Positions 1-13,060 of a stretch of DNA of 64,000 nt are shown in pieces (positions within the stretch are counted from its first letter, which is position 1; each line of letters begins with the position of its first letter). The stretch comes from Octopus vulgaris (lineage: Eukaryota): positions 63,240,001 to 63,304,000 of the forward strand of contig OX597825.1 of NCBI GenBank assembly GCA_951406725.2, given 5' to 3'. A model generated the notes under the pieces. That model did not search any database. It saw nothing but the letters and a program-made list of their open reading frames with translations, and was not told the DNA's origin. A program made the position numbers and the translations under genes.

Positions 1-219
1 TCCCGTCTCCATGCCTCCGATGTTATCCGAGGGGAAGGCAAAGGGGTCGATACAGCTTGGCACCATTGACGTTGCAACTCATTTCTACAGCTGAGTGAAT
101 ATGAGCAACATGAAATAAAGTGTCTTGTTCAAGAACTCAACATATAACCTGCTCTGGGAATCAAACTCACTACGTCACGATTGTAAGCCCAATGCTCTAA
201 CCACTGAATCATGCACTTC
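1..219 (-). mobile_element. SINE-F (tRNA-headed, CORE-like), cut by window edge
   Basis: Homologous to the full copy at 2404-2747; minus strand shows A/B-box-like head (ttcagtggttagagc...gagtttgattccc) then ttcttgaacaagacactttatttc. Confidence 0.8.
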
Positions 220-335
220 AACCGTCTAATACCATTACATCACTACTAAGCTTTTTGTGAACCATGTGTGCTCTTTTGAGACATATGTTTATTACTTTTC
301 CTCATAAAATCTTTCATTATGGATTGACTCGAGAA

Positions 336-1008
336 GGCAATGGGCTGGCAGAATCATTACTGCACTGGGCAAAATGCTTAGCAGCATTTCGTCCATCTCA
401 ACGTTCTGAGTTCAAATTCTGCCAATGTTTATTTTGCATTTCATCCTTCCAGGGTTAATAAAATAAGTACCAGTTAAACACTGGGGATTGATGAATTGAC
501 TAGTTCCCTCCCACAAAATTTTCAGGCCTTGTGTCTCTTTGGTAGAAAAGTAGAAAGGATTATTAATTGACTCAAGTAAAAGCAGTGAACTGGCAGAATT
601 GTTAGCATGCCGAGCGAAATGCTTAGTGGTATATCGTCTGCAACTACGTTCTGAGTTCAAATTCTGCCGAGGTCGACTTTGCCTTTCATCCTTTCAGTGT
701 CGATTAAATAATTTCCAGTTACACACTGGGGTCGATATAATTGACTTAATCCATTTGCCTATCCTTGTTTGTCCTTTCTGTGTGTAGCCCCTTGTGGACA
801 GTAAAGAAATAAGAATTGGTAGCACATTGGGAAAACATTTCACAGCATTTCTTTTGACATGATGTTCTGAGTTCAAATTCTGCTGAGGTCAACTTTGCCT
901 TTCATTCCTTCTGAATAGATAAAATAAGTACCAGTTGAATACTGGGGTTTATGTAATTGATTTACGCCTTCTTCTGAAATTGCTGACCTTGTGCCAAAAT
1001 TTGAAACT
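336..1008 (+). mobile_element. SINE-B cluster, three head-to-tail units
   Basis: Repeated ctggcagaat...gagttcaaattc...gcctttcatcctt...aagtaccagtt...ggggtcgat units at about 336, 582 and 812. Confidence 0.85.
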
Positions 1009-1082
1009 ATCATTAGTTGACCCGAGTCATCCCCAAGAAATATTTGATTGAATTCCAGTGGGTCAGAATCATCTAGAATTAA

Positions 1083-1302
1083 CCCTTTAGCATTCAAACA
1101 AGCCATATCTGGCCCAAATATTTGATCTATTTTATGTTCAAAAAGGCCAGATCCCACCTCTCACACCTAACCTACAGTGTCACTTTAAACATAGACAATC
1201 ACATCATCAAAATCATGAAGCTATGAGATAATGCAGAATTAATTTGAAATAATGTGGATAAATAAGCATTACAATTAATGAATTAATGTGAATGCTAAAG
1301 GG
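1083..1302. mobile_element. piggyBac-type MITE, family E1, complete
   Basis: Perfect 14-bp TIR ccctttagcattca/tgaatgctaaaggg flanked by TTAA at 1079-1082 and 1303-1306. Confidence 0.9.
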
Positions 1303-2403
1303 TTAAGGTACCTCATAACTAGTGTCTTCATCTTTTCACCTTAAAAATATTTGGATGTGGTGACCTTCAGGCAGATAAAGTTGCAAACAAAATACTCAAA
1401 ATAAAAAAGAAAGAAAAATATGTTGAGATTGCTTCTAAGAGCTGACATTTATAGAAATAAAACAAAAAAAAACAAAACTCTAATTCTGGACTATAAACCT
1501 AACTTTAATCTGATTGGCTGATCTATTTTTAACTTAACCTAATTTTAACAAGTGATTTTTCCCAATTTCTGCTACATCAGGAATTCCACTGAGCATCAAA
1601 CCTGAGATTTCAGGTAATCAACCTGAGTGGGTTAGTGTCTACATATTGATTAAATTTACACATTGATTGCTGGACCTTAATTTGTGCATCGTTACTGTTG
1701 TGGTGATAATAAAAACATTTATTCTCATCAAATTGTAGTCTCAGAACTATGTAAATCATTTCAAAGATCAACAGGAATTAGATCAAACGTTTCCAAAGGA
1801 AGACTTGAAGTCAACTCCTGAAGATGAAAAGATTCCAAGCATGAGATGAGGAGGCACCGCTTTGAATCAGACGATGATTGTGGTTATGCAATATTGTCAT
1901 TAGATTCAGCAGTTCATCAAAAGTATGGTCAGTGAACAACTATTAAAGACGTGATGATGGTCGTTTAGAGAATCCGTGGGCTAAGACTATGGGCCTTCAC
2001 TGGTCAGTTAAAGTTGAGACAGTGTCACGTGACAACTTGCTGGGGCTGCCTTCTGGAGCCTAGCGGCAGGTAATTGAAGGGAAAAAATTTGACAAGTCAG
2101 TCAGTTGCCAGCTGACACTCATTGACGCTACACCGAAGAGGCCAGGACACAGAAGAAAGAAGACATGCACCCAACACCAGAGCTGAAGACACCGGATCCT
2201 ATAAAGGGGCTGTTGTGGTAGCAGACCATGAAACATGGTTGTAATTCCTCAGTGTAGTGAGGGGAAAAGCTTGTGTAGGTAATTTTATCCTTTGCTAGAT
2301 TCTGGACAATAAGTATAATCCACAGCAGCAAAGAACATAAGCCATGTAAAGTATCCGGATTACCCTTGTGTGCATGTTAAAATATATATATATGTACCCA
2401 TGG

Positions 2404-2747
2404 AGGAGGAGGAGACCTCCTTCAGTCATGAATGACCATGGGATTGCACCTAGAAAGTTACCCTCCGAGGCACAAGTCCAGGAAAGGTTGTTTATGGAAG
2501 ACCAGCAGTCGCCCATGCATATCAGACTCCCCTCTCCACACGATTGATGTTATCCAAGGGAAAGGCAAAGGCTGATAAAGCTTGGCACCAGTGATGTCGG
2601 AACACATTTCTACAGCTGAGTTAACTGGAGCAACGCAAAATAAAGTGTGTTGCTCAAGAACACAACACGCAACCCGATCCGGGAATCGAACTCACAACCT
2701 CACGATCGTAAGCTCAATGCTCTAACCACTGAGCCATGCACCTTCAC
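2404..2747 (-). mobile_element. SINE-F full-length copy (CORE-like)
   Basis: Minus strand: tggctcagtggttagagc (A box), gagttcgattccc (B box), CORE-like tgtgttcttgagcaa...cactttatt...ctcagctgtagaaatg; imperfect TSD atatgtacccatgg/atatgtatccatag. Confidence 0.85.
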
Positions 2748-2873
2748 ATATGTATCCATAGCTTATATGTATATATACTGTCTTGTGTGTATTTTTCAAT
2801 GGTTTTAGTGTATGTGTAGTGCTGTTTAACCTAGGTTAGCCCTAGTTTGCCTACATGTGTATTAGTTTTGTGT

Positions 2874-2967
2874 TTAACCCTTTAGGGTTCAGATTAGTCT
2901 GTCAAATGTAATACTTATTTATTGACATTGTTTCTAATTAATCATGTATTAACTTGTAGCTTTGAGA
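2874..2967. mobile_element. MITE E1 terminal fragment, inverted
   Basis: ttaaccctttagggttcaga... matches the reverse complement of the right end of 1083-1302. Confidence 0.65.
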
Positions 2968-3109
2968 AAAGACATGCACCCTTCAAAATAATGTTATTAC
3001 GCCCTTTCCTCCTGGAATTATATTCCTTCCTGACCTTGTGCCTTCCCTTTGAAAAATTCCTGGGACCAGGCCTGCTTTATAAGTAAAGCCTCATAATGCA
3101 GAGTATATT

Positions 3110-3669
3110 AATGGGGTTGTCCGGAAAGTTTATGCCAATTCATAGTAGCTTACCTTTCGACCTATTTTAGAACATGATTGAGTCCATAATATAGGATTTG
3201 ACTACACCTTCATTTAGAGCACAGTTTAAGCTATCTTTTCATGGAAGAAAGTTTATATTCCTATAGCCTGTGTAAATTCTGTAACCCTTTAAAATGGAAG
3301 ATAAGAAAGTTCATTTTCGGCGCTTGATGCTTTTCTTTTTCATAAAGGGTAAAATGCCTCATAAGCAACCAAAAAATATGCACAGTTTACAGTGATGTTT
3401 TTTTATCCCAAAGAACTGTACGGAAGTGGTTCACAAGGTTCCGAGCTGGAGATTGTAGCCTTATTGATAAAAAGCGATCAGGCAGACTATCCACTACAGA
3501 TGATGACCAAATCAAGTCATTAATTGAGAATAACCTACATTGCACAACTCAAGAATTGGCAGAAAGCCTCAACCTATCAAAATCTGTCGTTCATGAGCAC
3601 CTGGTAAAGCTTGGGTACACAGATCGCTACGATGTTTGGGTAGCACATGAGGTGAGTGAGAAGAACCTT
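3110..3669 (+). mobile_element. Decayed mariner transposon, 5' half
   Basis: From ATG at 3294, frameshifted translation MEDKKVHFR...RTVRKWFTRFRAGD...RSGRLST...TTQELAESLNLSKSVVHEHLVKLGY...DVWVAHEV (HTH region and WVPHEL-like motif). Confidence 0.9.
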
Positions 3670-5058
3670 TTGATTGTGGTTTGTTTACATCCTCACAGAT
3701 TAACGCAAAAGAGATTGACAGAGTAGGTACTGGACTTTAAAAACAATGAATGCTGCAGTTGATTTCTTTGAACAAATATTCAAGACAGTGTCCCACCAAG
3801 GCTGCTGTCCAATGACTGGAATAAGTAAAAGAATAAAACTAAAAAGTGCTATATTATGATGGTATTTTAGTTATTTATCTTAGATCAATCATCTTTGAGA
3901 AGCTCAGTGATAAAAGTCATTCCAGTTATGACCATCCTGTCAATATATATATATATATTTTAGATACAGCGCTTCTAGGACTACACGATGAAATGTGACA
4001 ACAACTTTTCTAAGATAGTAGGTTGCAATATAAGGAATATATAACTGCTATTTCTAATAGGAATAACTTTGGACTGGTTTCTTCAGTTGCCTGAATCACT
4101 GTGTAGTAATTAAAATATATGAAAATTATTCTATTTACAAATCATTTAGTTTAATCTTACCATTTCTGAAAACTTGGCATCTGGAATCGACTCATCAAAT
4201 ATTACTACTGAAATATTGAAATATATTGTTTTATGAAATTTCCCCCTTATTACACTACATTGACCTTTAATTAATTAAGTTTTCCAACTGCAACAACCAA
4301 CATTTATAAGTTTTCCCCTATAGTCATTTAAATATCTAAATTCTTCTAAACGAAGTTAAAGTTTGTGTTTATCCTCGTTTGAAATAAAACTAACGGATCT
4401 CCAGACATATTCCAATTGATGGTACATGCAACATTTCTTTTTTTTCTTTGTTTTAATCTTTTACTCACTCCACCTTCATTGTTCACCTTAATTACCTTAA
4501 TTACAAGATACACAAACAATTGTTTTAAATTTAAATTGATAATTATATCGGAATCAAAGAAATCAATGAAACACCAAGAAATACCAAAGCAAGTACAAGA
4601 GAAACAAAATGCTTATGTTAATTAGTAATATTGTTTTCTCTGGACAAAATGCAATCTTTTGTCAAACTCAGTCAGCAGCTAAATTCCAAACACAATATTC
4701 TTTAATCTCTTCATTTTGGTTTCTCTTCAGAAATGGATATTCTTAGCTGTCTGCTGCCAACAATGAATTATAATAATATTGTGAATAGATTACCCGTAAT
4801 TGAACTATTAGATTTAATACACACTGATTTTTGTTTCAAAATTACATAACAGTTTGTTTCTTATGAAGAGGAAACATACTATTACCAACTTGTGTTGCAC
4901 AAATAACAGAGAATTTCAAAAATGAGGGGCAAAATTTGGAGATGGTCGAGACATGCTTTGTTGTTGTTGTTGTTGCTGTTGTTTAACTCAGATCTACCAT
5001 GATGTAGCAGACCTATGACCAAAAGAGCTTCAGCTGTAATCATCCTGTCTTTTATCTA

Positions 5059-5453
5059 GGCATAGGAGTGGCTGTGTGGTAAGTAGCTTGCTTACCAACC
5101 ACATAGTTCCGGGTTCAGTCCCACTGCGTGGCACCTTGGGAAAGTGTCTTCTACTATAGCCTCGGGCCCACCAAAGCCTTGTGAGTGGATTTGGTAGACG
5201 GAAAATGAAAGAAGCCCATCGTATATATGTATATATATGTATGTGTGTGTATATGTTTGTATGTTTGTGTTTGCCACCACCCCCTCCCCCAACATCGCTT
5301 GTCAACCGATGCAGGTGTGCTTATGTCCCTGTAACTTAGCGGTTTGGCAAACAGAGACCAAAGAATAAGTGCTGGGCTCAATTTGCTCGACTAAAGGCAG
5401 TGCTCCAGCATGGCCACAATCAAATGACTGAAACAAGTAAAAGAGTAAAAGAG
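5059..5453 (+). mobile_element. SINE-A full length
   Basis: tRNA-like head ggagtggctgtgtggtaagtagcttg...gggttcagtccc, caccttggg(c/a)aagtgtcttc, central TA/TG microsatellite, gtaaaagagtaaaagag tail; inserted in an older repeat (family G). Confidence 0.9.
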
Positions 5454-5971
5454 TATAATATATCAAAACTACTGTAGCTCAATTGTGTTTCACGTTGTTT
5501 TAATAGAAGGTTGTAATACAAGGGAGATTTGGGTTGCTATTTCTAGCAGATTAACCACAAAGAGGCTTTGATGTATTTTTTTATTTAGGAAGCAGCTTAT
5601 TAACATCATCAACTAACACATATTAATTATATGCCATGATTAATTTCCTTGCACCACCTTCATTACATAATCCAGCAAGTGTCTTAGCTATTATGATCAT
5701 TGAACATTGATTCATTAATTTATTGGATATACAGCTAGAAATATTTACGATGCAGGTTAATGAAATATTTGGAAGCTCAAATTTTAGTATGATCATTGTC
5801 TGCACATGTGTCATTTCTAACTTGTGGAAAGCATAAGAAAAATATATTAGAAACCAGCATACTAACAAACTCCAGCTGAAAAAAACATTACAACTCAAAA
5901 ATTGGAGATCTCTGGACAATACAGTACTATGCTAAAATGTCTTTGTTTAATATTTCTGTCATTTCAAATAT

Positions 5972-6203
5972 ATTTCTTTATTGCCCACAAGGGGCTAAAC
6001 ATAGAGAGGACAAACAAAGACAGACAAAGGGATCAAGTCGATTACATCGACCCCAGTGCATAACTGGTACTTTATTTATCGACCTCGAAAGGATGAAAGG
6101 GAAAGTCGACTTTGGCGGAATTTGAACTCAGAACGTGAAGGCAGACGAAATACCGCTAAGCATTTCGCCCGGCGCATTAAAGTTTCTGCCAGCTCATCGC
6201 CGA
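5972..6203 (-). mobile_element. SINE-B
   Basis: Reverse complement of the B consensus including the aaagaaata tail. Confidence 0.9.
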
Positions 6204-6234
6204 TGCCATGGTTTGTGATAATCCTTTAGTTTTT

Positions 6235-6590
6235 AATTCTTCAGCATTTAATCTGGCAATATCCAGCCCAAATATTATACCTATTTTATGTCAAAATTTA
6301 CCAGATTTAACATATCACACCTAGCCTGCAATGTCATTTAAAAAATATACTAATACACCATTGAAATCTCGAAGCTACAAGATAATGTGGGATTAATTCA
6401 AAACAATATGAATAAATAGACGTAGGAGTGGCTGTGTGGTAAGTAGCTTGCTTACGAACCACATGGTTCTGGGTTTGGTCCCACTACGTGGCACCTTAGG
6501 CAAATGTTTTCTACTACAGCCTCGGGCTGACCAAACCTTGTGAGTGGATTTGGTAGACGGAAACTGAAATAAGCTCATCGTATATATGTC

Positions 6591-6625
<35 letters not shown>

Positions 6626-6882
6626 ATATGTTTGTGTGTCTGTGTTTGTCCCCTCCAACATCGCATGACAACTGATGCTGGTGTGTTTACGTCCCTGTAG
6701 CATAGCGGTTCAGCAAAAGAGACCAATAGAATAAGTACTAGGCTTACAAAGAATAAGTCCTGGAGTCGATTTGCTTGACTAAAAGGCGGTGCTCCAGCAT
6801 GGCCATAGTCAAATGACTGAAACAAGTAAAAGAGTAAATAAGCATTACATCTGACAAAGAAATCTGAATGGTAATGGGTGAA
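6235..6882. mobile_element. MITE E1 copy interrupted by SINE-A
   Basis: E1 body runs 6235-6418 and resumes at 6841 (agcattacat...tgaatggtaatggg). Confidence 0.75.
6419..6834 (+). mobile_element. SINE-A full length
   Basis: A consensus; taaata TSD at 6413-6418 and 6835-6840. Confidence 0.9.
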
Positions 6883-7032
6883 ACCAGTCATGTCAGAACC
6901 AAAGTTCTATATGTTTTATTTTCAAGATGACCAGATTTGATCTTCAGATTTACCATTTAATGTCATTCTAAAAATATACAATCATATCATTGAAATCTTA
7001 GAGCGGTGAGATGTTGCGTGATTAATTCAAGC

Positions 7033-7460
7033 CAGTCATTAGACTGCAGCCATGCTAGGATGCCACGTTGAAGAAATTTAGTCAAACAAATCAAATTTAA
7101 TACTTAAATATTTTCAGCCCAAAACTTAATCTGTCGGTCACTTTAGCTGAACCGCTAGACTACAGAGATATAAACACACACACACACAAACACACACACA
7201 CAAACACACACACACACACAAACACACACGCACACACACACATGTATGCACATACACGCATGCACACACGTACGCACATACACACACACGCACACACACG
7301 ATGGGTTTCTTTCAGATTCTGTCTTCCAAACCCACTTAAAATGCTTTGGTTGGCCCAAGGCTATAATAAAAAAAAAACCCTGCTCAAGGTGCCACACAGT
7401 GAGACTGAACCCTGAACCATGTGTTTGGGAATCAAACTTCTTACCATTCATGCACAGCTA
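7033..7460 (-). mobile_element. SINE-A, older copy with internal deletion
   Basis: Degenerate match to A head and tail with a CA microsatellite in between. Confidence 0.75.
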
Positions 7461-8180
7461 CACCAAATAACTCTACATTATATAAATAATATGTATGTAT
7501 ATGTATGTGCTTGTGTATGTGTGTATGATGGGTATGCAAAATAATTTCCATCAACCACATTTCTATCACAAAGCATAAGTCAACTTCAGGATATATTAGA
7601 AGCAATTTGTCCAAGAGCACAGTACTCTATGATCAAACACAAAACCACATGGTTAAAAAGCAAATTTCTTAAAAACACTATCATACCTTCACCTATAAAC
7701 ATACCTGTCAGGAAAGTTTTTCACTTCTAAAGACTTTGTTAATATTTTGAAAAATTACATAATCTTCTTAATAGCAACTCATCTCATCTCAACGTTATTT
7801 AGACATTTCCTAAGTATGGCAATGAGTTTTCCTAAATTCTTTAGACGATTTAGTAATATATATATACAAGAACTCTACAGAAGAGATTTAAAGTATTCAG
7901 TAACTGTTTATCATTCCGTTAAAGAAGCAACAAAACATGAGAGAAGATGATGATGGAAAGAAATATAGAGTGTTGTTACAAAATAAGTTATTATAGATAA
8001 ATCCATTGTGTATCAGTCGTAAGACACATTATCATAGTTGAAACTTGTAATGACTAAACTATGGAATCCATGGCCATTGTTAACTCATTGGATGTAAGAA
8101 ATATCTTTGCAGCTAAAACCATGATTCATTCATCTTTAAGACTTGTATTGCAAACCAGGTAATATTTCTATAGTTTTAAA

Positions 8181-8982
8181 GGCAGCAACCTGGCAGGATT
8201 GTTAGGATGTTAGACAAAAGGCTTACTGGTATTTCATCTGGCGAGCTGGCAGAATCGTTAGCACACCGGGCGAAATGCTTACCGGTATTTTGTCTGCCAT
8301 TACATTCTGAGTTCAAATTCCGCCGTGGTCGACTTTGCCTTTCATTCTTTCGGGGTTGATTAAATAAGCACCAGTTATGCACTGGGGTCGATATACATCG
8401 ACTTAATCCATTTGTCTGCCCTTGTTTGTCCCCTCTGTGTTTAGCCCCTTGTGGGTAGTAAAGAAATAGGTATTTCGTCTGCCGCTACATTCTGAGTTCA
8501 AATTCCGCCGAGGTTGACTTTGCCTTTCATCATTTTGTGGTCGATAGATTAAGTACCAGTTACTCACTGGGGTCGATATACATCGACTTAATCCGTTTGT
8601 CTGTCTTTGTTTGTTCCCTCTGTCTTTAGCCCCTTATGGGTAGTAAAGAAATAGTTATTTCGTCTGTTGCTACATTCTGAGTTCAAATTCCGCCGAAGTT
8701 GACTTTGCCTTTCATCCTTTCAGGGCCAATTAAATAAGTACCAGTTATGCACTGGGGTCAATATAATCGACTTAATCCGTTTGTCTGTCCTTGTTTGTCC
8801 GCTCTGTGGGTAGTAAAGAAATAAGTATTTCATCTGTCTTTATGCTTTGAGTCCAGCTGAGGTTGACTTTGCCTTTCATCCTTTCAGGATTGATAAAATA
8901 AGTATGAGTTGAGTATTGGGGGTCGATGTAATTGACTTACTCCTCCTTTGAAATTGCTGGCCTTGTGCCAAAACTTGAAAGC
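8181..8982 (+). mobile_element. SINE-B nested multimer
   Basis: Two heads and four bodies; outer TSD aat(a/c)tttct(a/g)tagtttt; inner TSD gtatttcatctg at 8229-8240 and 8825-8836. Confidence 0.9.
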
Positions 8983-9334
8983 AATCTTTCTGTAGTTTTG
9001 TATTGATTCCATTAGAGAAGATAATGAAACAACAATGATGGTAGTTCTCTATGATATCCAGTTTAATTATAAGCTTGAATAAAATAAAGAGGTAGTGGTT
9101 TTGCCCAGCTCACTTCACAATGAGTTCAAATCCCTCTCAGGTCAGCACTGGTTTCCATCCTTTCTGGTACCACTCCAGAGAAGACTTATCAGAGCATCAG
9201 ACAAGGGCTTTGTAATTTCATATATAATTTTCTCTATGTAAATATATGTGTGTGTGTGAGAGAGAGAGAGAGAGATAGAGTGTGTGTGAGTGTGTGTGTT
9301 AGTGGTTATCAGTGTATATTCTTTTCTTCTTTTA

Positions 9335-9724
9335 TTATTTTACTTGTTTCAGCCAGTTGACCGTGACCATGCTGGGGCACCGCCTCTTGTCGAATAAATT
9401 GACCCCAGGACTTATTCCTTGTAAGACTACTACTTATTCTATCAGTCTTTTTTGCCGAACCGCTCAGATACGGGGATATAAACACACCAACATTGGTTAT
9501 CAAGCAATGGTGAAGAGACATACAAAGACACAAATATATACTTATAAATATATATATATATATACGATGAGCTTCTTTCAGTTTCCATTTACTGAATCCA
9601 CCCACAAGGTTTTGGTTGGCCCGAGGCTATAGCAGAAGACATTTACCCAAGGTGTCAAACAGTGGGACTGAACCGGCAACCATGTTGTTGGGAAGCAAGC
9701 TTCTTACCACAAAGCCACACCTAC
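9335..9724 (-). mobile_element. SINE-A full length
   Basis: Reverse complement of the A consensus. Confidence 0.9.
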
Positions 9725-9732
9725 CAATCATA

Positions 9733-9980
9733 TGTGTGTGTGTGTGTGTATGTGTGTGTGTGTGTGTATGTTTGTGCATCTGTGTTTGTTCCCCCAACAT
9801 CGCTTGACAAACGATGTTGGTGTGTTTATGTCCCCGTAACTTAGCGGTTCAACAAAAGAGACTGATAGAATAAGAACTAGCCTTACAAAGAATAAGTCCT
9901 GCGGTCGATTTGATTCGACTAAATGTGGTACTCCAGCATGGCCATGGTCAAAAGAGTGAAACAAGTAAAAGAGTAAAGAG
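9733..9980 (+). mobile_element. SINE-A 3' half, starting at the microsatellite
   Basis: tgtgtttgttcccccaacatcgcttgac...acaagtaaaagagtaaagag. Confidence 0.85.
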
Positions 9981-10584
9981 TATATGTAACCAAAACTTCT
10001 CTTTTATATCATCCTCTCTAATAACTAAATAAGACAAAGTTTAGAAATTTCCAATGTTCTTCTAATATTAGAGTATTTCAACTATCTGTGAATTGGCTCA
10101 TAATTTATAGCAACATAAGATATTTTTCAGCCATTAAAATAAGAATATTCTGCTAATGTATACCAAAATGAAACATGTTAAATAATGGGTCTGAAAAACA
10201 AAGGAAAAAGAAAAAGTAATTCAAAAGATTTGAATTGTATTTTTTTTTTAATATCATTTTTCGTTGTTCCTATGTATGTTTTAGATTTCTCAGAAATCTA
10301 CTAATATATACATTTCAATAAATAATACAACAGACGTATTTTAGATTCTGAAAATAGACTTCTTATAACCAAACACTTTTTCTATCAAACATATCAGGAT
10401 TTAATAAGCATTCACATTTCCTTCACTTAGAAACTACATTCTTTGTTTATTGAACAGCTACATGGCGACTTTTGTAGTACTGGAGGGCATAAAAAAAATA
10501 TCATCCATCACACATTGTAAAGTGGTTGGCATTAGGAAGGTCATTTAGTTGTTGAGGCCATGCCAAAGCAGACACTGGGCCTCA

Positions 10585-10797
10585 TTTCTTTTCTACTCTA
10601 AGTACAAGGCCCGAGATTTGGGGGGAGGGGGATAGTCTATTAGATCGAACTCAGTATGCAAATGGTACTTAATTTATCGACCCTGAAACAATGAAAGGCA
10701 AAGTCGACATCGATGGAATTTGAACTGGGATCATAAAGACAGATGAAATACTACTAAGCATATCGCCCGGTATGCTAATGTTTCAACCAGCTCACCA
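10585..10797 (-). mobile_element. SINE-B (alternative tail)
   Basis: gaaaggcaaagtcgac...gaatttgaact; a partial plus-strand B follows at about 10890-11025. Confidence 0.8.
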
Positions 10798-10852
10798 TGG
10801 AACTTCACCATCATCAGCATCATGTTTATTATTATTACTATTATTATTATTA

Positions 10853-10891
<39 letters not shown>

Positions 10892-11023
10892 CGCTAAAGC
10901 TAACTTTGTCTTTCACCATTTTGGGCTCCTCGATAAATTAAGTGCCAGTTAAACATTGGGGGTTGATGTAATTGACTAATCCCCTCCCTCAAAATTGCAG
11001 TCCTTGTGCTTTTAGTAGAAAGG

Positions 11024-11089
<66 letters not shown>

Positions 11090-11244
11090 TACATTTATAT
11101 ATATGTAGCATCCAACAGTTTTGCAAATTATGAGGAGTGCCTTTACAAGAGATTATGACTAACTCATGAAAAGACTGTGAGAAATGCAAAGTAGATCATA
11201 GCAAGGTTTGAACTCAGTACCTCAATATCTGGAACAAATACATT

Positions 11245-11495
11245 AAAAGTATTTCGATTTTGGATTTGGTTTGCAAGATTCTTTATTTGAGTTCGTGTGT
11301 TGAAGCATATTCTGTTGTGTCTGGGAAGAGTCATTTTCTTCTTGTGCCTTATAATGTAACACAATCACCGGTAAAAATTTCCTCTTATTTCTTATTTTTA
11401 TTTTCCTAAAATTTTCATTGCCTCTTGCAACCTTTTCAATAGTCTTGTTACATTATAAGGCACAAAAAGAAAATGACTCTCCCCAGACGCAACAG
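11245..11495 (-). mobile_element. Probable Penelope-like remnant with inverted partial duplication
   Basis: 50-bp inverted repeat 11312-11361 vs 11446-11495 (3 mismatches) is directly visible; the Penelope assignment is inferred from architecture. Confidence 0.45.
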
Positions 11496-11889
11496 TACAT
11501 CAAAAGTGTTTATCTAATGACCAAATAATTCAAATTCCACAGAGATCAGGTTTACCTTTCATCCTTTTGCGGGGTTAATAAAAATAAGTACCCAGCATGC
11601 ACTGGGGCTGATGTAATCAACTATCTTCCTCCCATAAATTTTCAAGCCTTGTACTAGAAAAAATTATAATTCTTTTTGCTTTGAAATATTAATTTCTTCA
11701 CATTAGCAAAAAGTCACTTATTTCTGGGGAGAGATATGGTCAGTTGAATCAACTTCTGTACTTGGATTTATCGACCACCAGAATGATTTAAGACAAAATA
11801 GCTCTGAGCATTTATTTGAACTTAGAATGTAAAGAGCCGCAAATAAACACTTCTCTGTACAACAATGAAATGTAAACAATATCTCTTTG

Positions 11890-11950
11890 TCCATAATTTA
11901 TTGTCAAAATCTTTATATCCATAATTTATTGTCAAAATCTTTATATCCAT
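11890..11950. repeat. 28-bp perfect tandem duplication
   Basis: tccataatttattgtcaaaatctttata twice, plus tccat. Confidence 0.9.
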
Positions 11951-12279
11951 TCATCTTCTGTTCAACAACTTGTCATCATTAATAGCAACATCAACACTAT
12001 TTTTGATCAGTTAAATGTCAAATCTCATTGAAATCTTTTGAAAATTCTTTGAGGAATGATGTTCTGATGTTCTCTGCATATTTTTTAATAATGAAGAATT
12101 TGATTTAAGATGCTGAAGGTAATAAAATATCTGCTGTTTTAAATTTACCTTGGGTTGTAAAACATGTTCTTTCTCAATGCTCTCATATGTCTGAGGATTA
12201 GCTATCTTAATATAATTTCTATGAATATAATTATATGTATGTGAGGACCAAAACATGACTATGCGTATCTTCAAAATGT

Positions 12280-12508
12280 ATATTTATACATACATATGAA
12301 CATACATACATGCACACATACATACATACACACATATATACATATACACACACATAGACTCACATAAACATATATAACAAACACACATGCACGCACAAAC
12401 ATGCACACACGCACATATATATATATATATATATATTGACAAGATTGATTTGCAATTGACATTCCAGGCATCTATCTATACATTTGGAAATCTATCTATC
12501 TATCTATC

Positions 12509-12566
<58 letters not shown>

Positions 12567-12567
12567 G

Positions 12568-12613
<46 letters not shown>

Positions 12614-12673
12614 TACATATATATATGTACATACATATATATACATCCATATACATATATATATGTACATACA

Positions 12674-12705
<32 letters not shown>

Positions 12706-12754
12706 CTAGTGTGTATATATGCAAGTACACACACATACATACATATGCACATAT

Positions 12755-12793
<39 letters not shown>

Positions 12794-12935
12794 TAATAAT
12801 AATTAATACCTTTGAAGGTTTTTATTCCCATGCTGGCCACCAGATAAGATCGGTATTTAAATAATGACTTTATCTTTATTTATATTAATTTATATATATG
12901 GGTGTGTGAGGTGAGTGTATGTGTATATGTATACA

Positions 12936-12970
<35 letters not shown>

Positions 12971-13060
12971 TAATTTCTGTATATATATATATGTGTGTAT
13001 ATATATACACACAAACATACACACACACATATATGTATATACATATACATATATATATGC
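12280..13060. repeat. (TA)n/(CA)n compound microsatellite tract
   Basis: Directly visible; source of the YIYI ORFs. Confidence 0.95.

Noticed and set aside
5623-5919. 98-aa non-repetitive ORF (similar cases at 12011-12274, 26135-26434 and 40679-40900)
   Set aside because: No recognisable domain, weak or incomplete splice signals, and lengths expected by chance; a small exon cannot be excluded without RNA data.
8470-8830. Regularly spaced repeats suggesting a CRISPR-like array
   Set aside because: Units are ~185-bp SINE bodies without unique spacers, in a eukaryotic context with no cas genes.
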